In this document: in pieces, positions 57,789-64,000 of the stretch
Position numbering within the stretch: position 1 is the stretch's first letter
Layout: the number at the start of each line of letters is the position of its first letter
Assembly (NCBI GenBank): GCA_943349945.1
Contig: CALQZS010000002.1
Coordinates: 115,750-179,749, forward strand
Source: Candidatus Nomurabacteria bacterium
GTDB lineage: Bacteria; Patescibacteriota; Minisyncoccia; Phycocordibacterales; SBAW01
Reading direction: 5' to 3'
DNA: 64,000 bases
Notes under the pieces: generated by a model
Told to the model about the DNA's origin: nothing
The model's database searches: none
The model's input: the letters and a program-made list of their open reading frames with translations, nothing else
Position numbers and translations under genes: made by a program

Positions 57789-57816
57789 ATTGTACTCCCC
57801 TGGTTTGGGGTGTCAA
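57789..57816 (-). promoter_or_regulatory. Likely rpoBC promoter with a ~275-nt leader
   Basis: TTGACA-N16-TACAAT on the minus strand. Confidence 0.65.
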
Positions 57817-57910
57817 GCGAATTTCCCCAGCCATGCCTAGTTTTAGAGTTCTGCACACCTTTTACTATATAAAACTGGACAAAAACTGACATTTACTGCA
57901 TATTATTTTC

Positions 57911-58957
57911 ATGGAAACAACCCGAGAAATCCCGTTTGTGCACATGAGCGGCTCTCCTAAAGAACGCGGAGTGGCTCATGGAACCGCAGTAGCATCACGT
58001 ATTGCAGACAATATTGCATTTTATAAGAGACTTTTAAAATTAGATGAGGGTGTTCGTGTTGCTCAGTCAAACAAATTCGCCTCCATTGTAGAATCCTTCA
58101 ACCCTGCCCTTAAAGAAGAGATGGACGGTATTGCAGAGGGCGCAAAAGTTGATCCGACAGATATTTACATGCTCAATGCTCGTACAGAGCTTTTGAGCAT
58201 GAGCGGCGTTGTACAAAGCGAATGCGCAACCTTCTTTTTTGGCAAAAGCGGACTTTTGTTTGAAAACTGGGACTGGTCAGAGCCATCCAAAGACATGACC
58301 GTGCTGCTTTCTATCGAACTACAAAATGGCAACAAAATACTAACCTTTACGGAAGCCGGCATGGTGGGCAAGGTGGGGATGTCTTCCGCTGGTTTTGGGG
58401 TTGCGTTTAACTATCTCTACCCTACAGGTGTCTTGGACGGAGTACCCATCCACGCCCTACTTCGCACATTATTGGAAGCAGATTCTTTTAAAGATGCCGT
58501 AGAATTGCTTTCTAAAAGCCAGTACAAGGGCACGAGCGGCAATATCCTCCTTGCGAACGCAGAAGGCCAAGCCATTGATTTTGAACTTTCAGGATCAAGC
58601 ATTAGCAGTATACCTATGACCGGCAACTCCATTGCGCACACTAATCACTACTTGGGCGGCACCGTTAATGACCCTGAGGCTGGTATGGGATTCCTCAACA
58701 ACTCATACGACCGCTATGCCCGCGCAGAGACAATACTAAAAGAAACAACTCAGTACGGGGTTGCAGAAGCAAAAAAGATTTTGACTGACCGCGCCACAGG
58801 AAACGGCATGCTCTGCCGTGACTTTATCCCAGAAGAACCCGGCCACACTCCAACTGGGACTATTGCAAGCATGGTCATGGATCTCCCAAACAAAACGCTA
58901 CACATCACACTCGACCCACAAGAAACTGGTTTGGAGTTTGTCACCTATACCCTATAG
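57911..58957 (+). CDS. Peptidase C45 / acyltransferase (Ntn hydrolase)
   Basis: ERGVAHG, EEMDGIAEGA, LNARTE, ECAT (Cys nucleophile), NWDW, HTNH. Confidence 0.88.
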   Translation: METTREIPFVHMSGSPKERGVAHGTAVASRIADNIAFYKRLLKLDEGVRVAQSNKFASIVESFNPALKEEMDGIAEGAKVDPTDIYMLNARTELLSMSGVVQSECATFFFGKSGLLFENWDWSEPSKDMTVLLSIELQNGNKILTFTEAGMVGKVGMSSAGFGVAFNYLYPTGVLDGVPIHALLRTLLEADSFKDAVELLSKSQYKGTSGNILLANAEGQAIDFELSGSSISSIPMTGNSIAHTNHYLGGTVNDPEAGMGFLNNSYDRYARAETILKETTQYGVAEAKKILTDRATGNGMLCRDFIPEEPGHTPTGTIASMVMDLPNKTLHITLDPQETGLEFVTYTL

Positions 58958-58976
58958 ATTAGGAAACTCAATATCA

Positions 58977-59012
58977 AAAAAAGAGGCCCCACACAAACTG
59001 TGTGGGGCCTTT
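58977..59012. terminator. Terminator between convergent genes
   Basis: AGGCCCCACACA/TGTGTGGGGCCT stem with flanking A/T tracts. Confidence 0.8.
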
Positions 59013-59013
59013 G

Positions 59014-59973
59014 TTACTCGAAGGAGTATCCTTCTCCTTCCTTCTCAGCTCTCTCAGCCGCAGAGTACAGGATGATATCTCCTGCTCCGTGATGTAGAGA
59101 CTTGCTGAAGTTCTCGATCAAGTGCTTGAAGTGGTCTTTGTAGACGCTAAATGCTGCGCACGTTTCGAAGTCGGACGTGGTGCGTTTACCGCTCCACGCA
59201 TAGATGGCTCGAACCGCGCCCAACAACATGAGTTTGTCGAGAACGCACCCGAACGTGCGAGCCATGAGGTGTTCCGTGACCGCCCCAGCTTCTTCTGTGG
59301 GGAGACCTGTGGCTCGATGGAACTCGAGAGACGATTGCTGGAAGGCAACTTCGCGATAGGTCCACGTACCCGTAGGCACGTAGATGCGCTTCCTGCCTGT
59401 AGTATTCCACACCGTTTCCGAACCGTTGGTGCAGTCCCCCACAACAAGCTTGAGTTCTTCTTCACGAACATGCGCGTCGATAGCTGCCTGCATGAGCGAG
59501 CACGTAAACAGCTCACGCATGAGGCCAAATCGGCGGTGAGTATTTCGCGTTGCCGCATACGTCCCCACAAACACCGACTGCCCTTTGCCCATACTGATTA
59601 AGAATCCAGCATGAGCGGCCACAATCTCGTTGGTACACGCCTCGATTGCAATAAACAGCCGGTAGCGAGTAAGCTTACCCAACAACACTGCGCCTTCGAG
59701 GTTCGTCCTGAAGCGAGACAGGGCTTCCACTTCATTGGCAGCGAGATGCTGACAAAAAAGATTATGCGCAACCTCGACTTCGTCCGGCGCAGCCATTCGC
59801 ACCGTGAACACGGATCCATCGCGCGACAAATCGCACTCCGGCAACAATCCTTGGTCTCGAGCACTCTTAGAGGCTCGCTGCAGACCCATAATCGCCTCCC
59901 ATACGGAAGACTGAGAGATCATGGATTCAGCCGCCAGGCGCCACGAGTCAAGCGGTTTTTTGTCTATGTGCAT
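59014..59973 (-). CDS. Orphan protein with a GNAT-like motif
   Basis: YAATRNTHRRFGLMRELF resembles GNAT motif A; GAGGGG SD; TTGACA promoter near 60030-60059. Confidence 0.7.
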   Translation of the reverse strand: MHIDKKPLDSWRLAAESMISQSSVWEAIMGLQRASKSARDQGLLPECDLSRDGSVFTVRMAAPDEVEVAHNLFCQHLAANEVEALSRFRTNLEGAVLLGKLTRYRLFIAIEACTNEIVAAHAGFLISMGKGQSVFVGTYAATRNTHRRFGLMRELFTCSLMQAAIDAHVREEELKLVVGDCTNGSETVWNTTGRKRIYVPTGTWTYREVAFQQSSLEFHRATGLPTEEAGAVTEHLMARTFGCVLDKLMLLGAVRAIYAWSGKRTTSDFETCAAFSVYKDHFKHLIENFSKSLHHGAGDIILYSAAERAEKEGEGYSFE

Positions 59974-60076
59974 GTGCTTCCCCTCTAGACCCTTAGTAAG
60001 GGCATTTGATGGTAAACGTACTGGAAAAAACTATATAGTATATATAAAAATATGTCAAGTTTGCCTGTGTATAACC

Positions 60077-60754
60077 CTATTCTGGCTTACTTCGACTCCC
60101 CTCCTTCCACGCGTCCATCTGGGCATGATTGCCCGAAAGCAGCACCTTGGGCACCCGGTATTTTTTTCCTTTATGTTCAAAAATCTCTGGCCTTGTGTAG
60201 GTCTCGTGGCTAGCGACCCGCCCCTCTTCGAGCGACTCAAATTTGCCCAGCACGCCGGGGATTTGTCTGGCCGTTGTATCGATAATAGTAAGTGCCGGCA
60301 ACTCGCCGCCAGTTAAAATGTAGGGACCAACAGACACTTCTTTTGCTTTGAGAATTTTCTTAACGCGCGCATCTATCCCCTCGTAGCGTCCGCACAAAAT
60401 AACTACGTCTTTTTGTGTAGAAAGCTTTTTAGCATATGCATTGGTCAGCGGCACACCACCCGCCGCAGTAATAAGCACCGTGACTTTTTTATGTTTCTTG
60501 CGCAAAGCTTCCACGGCACGCACAAACGGCTCGGCCTGCAGCACCATGCCGGGCCCACCACCGTAGGGCCGCTCATCTGCCTTGCCCCACTTATTCATCA
60601 CAAAGTCGCGCAGCTGGTAGCTTTTTATCGTTAATAATTTTTCCCTCGGCCGTGCCCGGCCTACGGGCGAGGCCTTTTGTGCACGACCCAAAATAGACGC
60701 ACTCGCGTAGGCGTCTATCACTTCGGGGAATAATGTTACAACGTGGAAGTTCAT
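60077..60754 (-). CDS. trmD: tRNA (guanine-N1)-methyltransferase
   Basis: VTLFPE, PYGGGPGM, CGRYEGID, LTGGE, VLLSGNH. Confidence 0.97.
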   Translation of the reverse strand: MNFHVVTLFPEVIDAYASASILGRAQKASPVGRARPREKLLTIKSYQLRDFVMNKWGKADERPYGGGPGMVLQAEPFVRAVEALRKKHKKVTVLITAAGGVPLTNAYAKKLSTQKDVVILCGRYEGIDARVKKILKAKEVSVGPYILTGGELPALTIIDTTARQIPGVLGKFESLEEGRVASHETYTRPEIFEHKGKKYRVPKVLLSGNHAQMDAWKEGSRSKPE

Positions 60755-61179
60755 AGAATATCTCGATATTTATCGAACGAAAGTTCGAAGTGTTTGTGTA
60801 GCGGCTCCTCAAAAGCCTCAAGCTCTGCCAAGGTCACCCACCGCACGCCATCACATTTGTGTGGCTCACCAATTTTTACCTGGCCCGGGTCAACATGGAC
60901 TTTAAAGTCAAACATTATCCAGTGGGTTTGTACCCCTTCTTGCTCTCGCAAGATATCACGGTATCCAATAAATTCCACCGCAAGCGGCGTGGCACAATAC
61001 TCTTCTTTAATTTCGCGACGCAAACCGTCTTCTACCTTCTCTCCAAACTTCAATCCGCCTCCGCCATTCTCCCAGGTTTCTTGTTCGTCCCGTGCGTTTT
61101 TTGACCGCTTAGAAATTACATACTTCCCCGCCCCATCGTGGCAGTAAAAACTCACTCCTGTTCGTATAATGCCGTCCAT
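60751..61179 (-). CDS. NUDIX hydrolase
   Basis: GGGLKFGEKVEDGLRREIKEE; EPHKC. Confidence 0.88.
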   Translation of the reverse strand: MDGIIRTGVSFYCHDGAGKYVISKRSKNARDEQETWENGGGGLKFGEKVEDGLRREIKEEYCATPLAVEFIGYRDILREQEGVQTHWIMFDFKVHVDPGQVKIGEPHKCDGVRWVTLAELEAFEEPLHKHFELSFDKYRDIL

Positions 61180-61230
61180 AGATATAAAAATCCGCACCAT
61201 TACTATAGCGCGGATTTTTGTATTCGTGTC

Positions 61231-61593
61231 TTAAAGATTGTCGAGACTGCCCATCGCTTCGTCTATCGACTTCATCGTAGGAGATGCCGAGACTCCTTCT
61301 GCGTGGCTGCCGTCCCAACCGGTGTCGGCCGAGCTCTTGATGCCGCCTGCTGGTTCGTTTATTTTGAGGTTTACGCGAGCGTTATGCTTCATCCCCACTA
61401 CGCGCAGCAGTGTACGGATTGCTTTGGCGGTGTTGCCCGAGCGGCCAATCACCTTACCCATATCTTCTGGACTCAAGTCCAGTGTAAGCAGCACGCCCAT
61501 CTCGTCGACTGTGCGGTTAATCTTTACTTCTTCTGGATGCTCTACCAAACCTTTGACTACAAACTCCAAAAATTCTTGGTCTCTCTCTGCCAT
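61231..61593 (-). CDS. khpA: KH-domain RNA-binding protein
   Basis: DMGKVIGRSGNTAKAIRTLL; follows rpsP. Confidence 0.9.
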   Translation of the reverse strand: MAERDQEFLEFVVKGLVEHPEEVKINRTVDEMGVLLTLDLSPEDMGKVIGRSGNTAKAIRTLLRVVGMKHNARVNLKINEPAGGIKSSADTGWDGSHAEGVSASPTMKSIDEAMGSLDNL

Positions 61594-61631
61594 GTCAGTA
61601 TATTTAGTTTACTAAAAGCCCTGAGTTTAGT

Positions 61632-62033
61632 TTAGGCAGCAGGTGCTTCTTGTGCAACTGAGTTATCCTCTGTTTGCGCAACCTCCTCTGCGGGAGTCTC
61701 TACTTGTGCGGCAGCCTCTGGTGCTGGTGCTTCTGGCTCTGCCACCACTTCTTTTGCGGCAACAGTCTTCTTTGGAAGTACGTTGATTTTTTTAGCGTCG
61801 ATTATTTTTTGAGACACAAGGAGGTTGTGCACAGTGTCTGATGCTTGTGCGCCGTTTTTGAGCCAGTGGAGCACGCGGTCGCCCTTGATTTCTACACGGT
61901 CTGCACGAGGGTCGTACGAGCCAACCATCTCCAAATAGTTACCAGTTTTAGGCTTCTTTTTTGAGTCAACGACAACAACCCGGAAACTCGGGTCGTTCTT
62001 TCTGCCGCGACGCTGTAGGCGAATGTTTATCAC
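61632..62033 (-). CDS. rpsP: 30S ribosomal protein S16 with an acidic/Ala tail
   Basis: IRLQRRGRK, GSYDP, WLKNGAQASDTV; GTG start. Confidence 0.95.
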   Translation of the reverse strand: MINIRLQRRGRKNDPSFRVVVVDSKKKPKTGNYLEMVGSYDPRADRVEIKGDRVLHWLKNGAQASDTVHNLLVSQKIIDAKKINVLPKKTVAAKEVVAEPEAPAPEAAAQVETPAEEVAQTEDNSVAQEAPAA

Positions 62034-62093
62034 GTAGCCCACTGTAGCAGCCTATGGTAAAAAGTCAACAACTACGCTATAGTGGGGCCTATT

Positions 62094-64000
62094 GTGGGCA
62101 CAAAACACGTCTCTGGCATCCTCCAAGTAACTCGCAAAGCCGTAGGATATTTGGCATTCCCTATTGAGGCCGGAGTCAAGAAAACACTCGAAGATATCGA
62201 GGTAGGCCCCGAGCATTTAGGTGGTGCGCTCAATGGCGACACTGTGTCTGTCGAAGTAACCGGCACCTCGCCGCGCACCAAAGGCAAAGTCACAAAGGTA
62301 GAGAAGCGCGCAAAGACAGAATTTGTGGGCACACTCAAACACATCAATGACCAATGGGTGGTGTTGGCAAGTGATATTAAATTTTATCGCCCCATACACG
62401 TCGCGCATCCACCCAAAGATGCCGCAGCAGGTGCAAAGGTGCTTGTGGAGCTTTTGTCTTTTGATGGTACACGCGACCCAGAGGGCAAGGTAGTCGAGGT
62501 TATAGGCCTCGCCGGCGAACACCGCGCCGAGATGAACGCCATTGTACTTGAGCACGGATTTAAAACCGAGTTCCCACCAGAAGTCACTGCTGAGGCACAA
62601 AAAATCGAAAAAGAGCACGCAGCCATAATCGCAAGCGAGCTCCCCAACCGTGCCGACTTCCGCGACACCACCACCATGACCATCGACCCTTTGGATGCAA
62701 AGGACTTTGACGACGCGCTATCGCTGCGCAAACTCGAAAACGACGAGTGGGAGGTCGGGGTGCACATAGCGGACGCAACCTTTTTTGTCCGCCCGGGTAC
62801 CGCACTCGACGACGAGGCCGTAAAGCGCGGCACGTCTGTATACTTGGTAGACGCAACCATACCCATGCTCCCGCTCGAGCTCTCGGGCAACGTGTGTAGT
62901 TTGCGCGAAGGAGAAGACCGCCTGGCCTTCTCTGCCGTGTTTCGTATCAACCAAAAGGGGCAGGTATTGGATCGCCGCTTTACCAAGTCGGTCATACGCT
63001 CAAACAAACGCTTTACCTACGAAGAGGCGCAGCAAATTTTGAATGATGCAGATGCCAACAAAAACCCTGACTCCCCTTTTACACAAGATTTGCTGACGCT
63101 GCGTGCTTTGTCCCGCATTTTGCGCAAAGAGCGCAACGAAGAGGGTGCTATAGACTTTGGCGACAATGAAGTGAAGTTTATCCTTGATGAAAAAGGCGTA
63201 CCCACCGGCGTGGTACGCAAAGAGCGCATCGAGACTAACCAACTTATCGAAGAGTTTATGCTTTTGGCAAACCGCGAGGTGGCCGCCTACATATCCAAGC
63301 TGGCAGAAAATGTCCCCGAAAAAGGCTTGGTCTTTTTGTATCGCATCCACGACACCCCAAAGGAAGACCGCATAGAGGAGCTTGCCACCTTTGTGCACGC
63401 TATTGGGTATGAGTTTGGCCAGATGAAGTCTAACAAAGGCAAACACAAATATTCTGCCCGCGACATAGCGCACCTGCTTAAACAAATAGAGGGTAAACCC
63501 GAGGAGCATTTGATCCGCACCGCGACGCTCCGCACCATGGCCAAGGCTATATACTCGACCAAGAACATCGGCCACTTTGGTTTGGCTTTTGAGTATTACA
63601 CACACTTTACCTCGCCTATACGCCGCTACCCCGACATGCTCGTGCACCGCATCCTCGAGAGCCACTTAAATGGCAAGCCTATGAGCCGCCGCGAGTTTAC
63701 CAACCTCGAGAGCATGTGCATCACTGCCAGCGAACAAGAAGCAAAAGCAGTTTCTGCGGAGCGCGACTCTATTCGCTACAAACAGGTAGAGTATTTGAGC
63801 AGCAAAATTGGCCAAGAGTTTGACGTTGTCATTTCTGGAGTAACCGAGTGGGGCTTGTATGTAGAAGACCTCGTGAGCGCCTCGGAAGGCTTGGTGCGTG
63901 TGCGCACCATAGGCGACGACTTTTATAACTACAATCAAAAAGAGTATGCGTTAGTAGGCCAGCGGACAAAAAAAGCCTTCACCTTGGGTGACAAGGTGAA
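62094..64000 (+). CDS. rnr: Ribonuclease R, truncated by the window edge (not in the ORF track)
   Basis: Manual translation gives TIDPLDAKDFDDA, VHIAD, RGTSVY, IEEFMLLAN, HFTSPIRRYPD and the start of an S1 domain. Confidence 0.93.
   Translation, partial: MGTKHVSGILQVTRKAVGYLAFPIEAGVKKTLEDIEVGPEHLGGALNGDTVSVEVTGTSPRTKGKVTKVEKRAKTEFVGTLKHINDQWVVLASDIKFYRPIHVAHPPKDAAAGAKVLVELLSFDGTRDPEGKVVEVIGLAGEHRAEMNAIVLEHGFKTEFPPEVTAEAQKIEKEHAAIIASELPNRADFRDTTTMTIDPLDAKDFDDALSLRKLENDEWEVGVHIADATFFVRPGTALDDEAVKRGTSVYLVDATIPMLPLELSGNVCSLREGEDRLAFSAVFRINQKGQVLDRRFTKSVIRSNKRFTYEEAQQILNDADANKNPDSPFTQDLLTLRALSRILRKERNEEGAIDFGDNEVKFILDEKGVPTGVVRKERIETNQLIEEFMLLANREVAAYISKLAENVPEKGLVFLYRIHDTPKEDRIEELATFVHAIGYEFGQMKSNKGKHKYSARDIAHLLKQIEGKPEEHLIRTATLRTMAKAIYSTKNIGHFGLAFEYYTHFTSPIRRYPDMLVHRILESHLNGKPMSRREFTNLESMCITASEQEAKAVSAERDSIRYKQVEYLSSKIGQEFDVVISGVTEWGLYVEDLVSASEGLVRVRTIGDDFYNYNQKEYALVGQRTKKAFTLGDKV

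Noticed and set aside
1..64000. CRISPR array, cas genes, reverse transcriptase/DGR, rRNA
   Set aside because: No regularly spaced repeats, RT motifs or rRNA-like sequence seen. The PD-(D/E)XK gene at 46690 lacks Cas4 Fe-S cysteines and cas context.

Overview
Chromosomal window of a bacterium that looks like Patescibacteria/CPR (Parcubacteria-type). This is inferred from gene content: class I LysRS, compact ProRS and RNAP, two mreB, and core genes mostly lacking Shine-Dalgarno sites. Core loci: lysS-greA-pbp2-mreD-like-mreC-mreB-proS; rseP-frr-nth-holB-like-mreB2-murA; def-fmt; nrdA/nrdB; truB; hisS; rpoD-dnaG; a single fused rpoB-rpoC ORF; trmD-khpA-rpsP; partial rnr. Main unusual features: (1) A ~5.6 kb array (18.85-24.5 kb) of self-contained promoter-SD-orphan ORF-terminator units next to a tRNA 3' end. 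It has perfect 23-bp and 17-bp direct repeats at unit borders and no integrase in the window. (2) A 91-bp diverged duplication of the truB 3' end plus its downstream promoter, bracketing inserted genes. (3) tRNA-Asn(GTT) split inside the anticodon by a 230-nt group I intron. It is flanked by a divergent free-standing HNH gene followed by a structured RNA candidate, and on the other side by a multi-hairpin element with a duplicated tRNA end. (4) A cupin-GH130-GH130-phosphomannomutase cluster. (5) A REP-like palindrome family. All calls come from reading the sequence; no database searches or folding programs were run.
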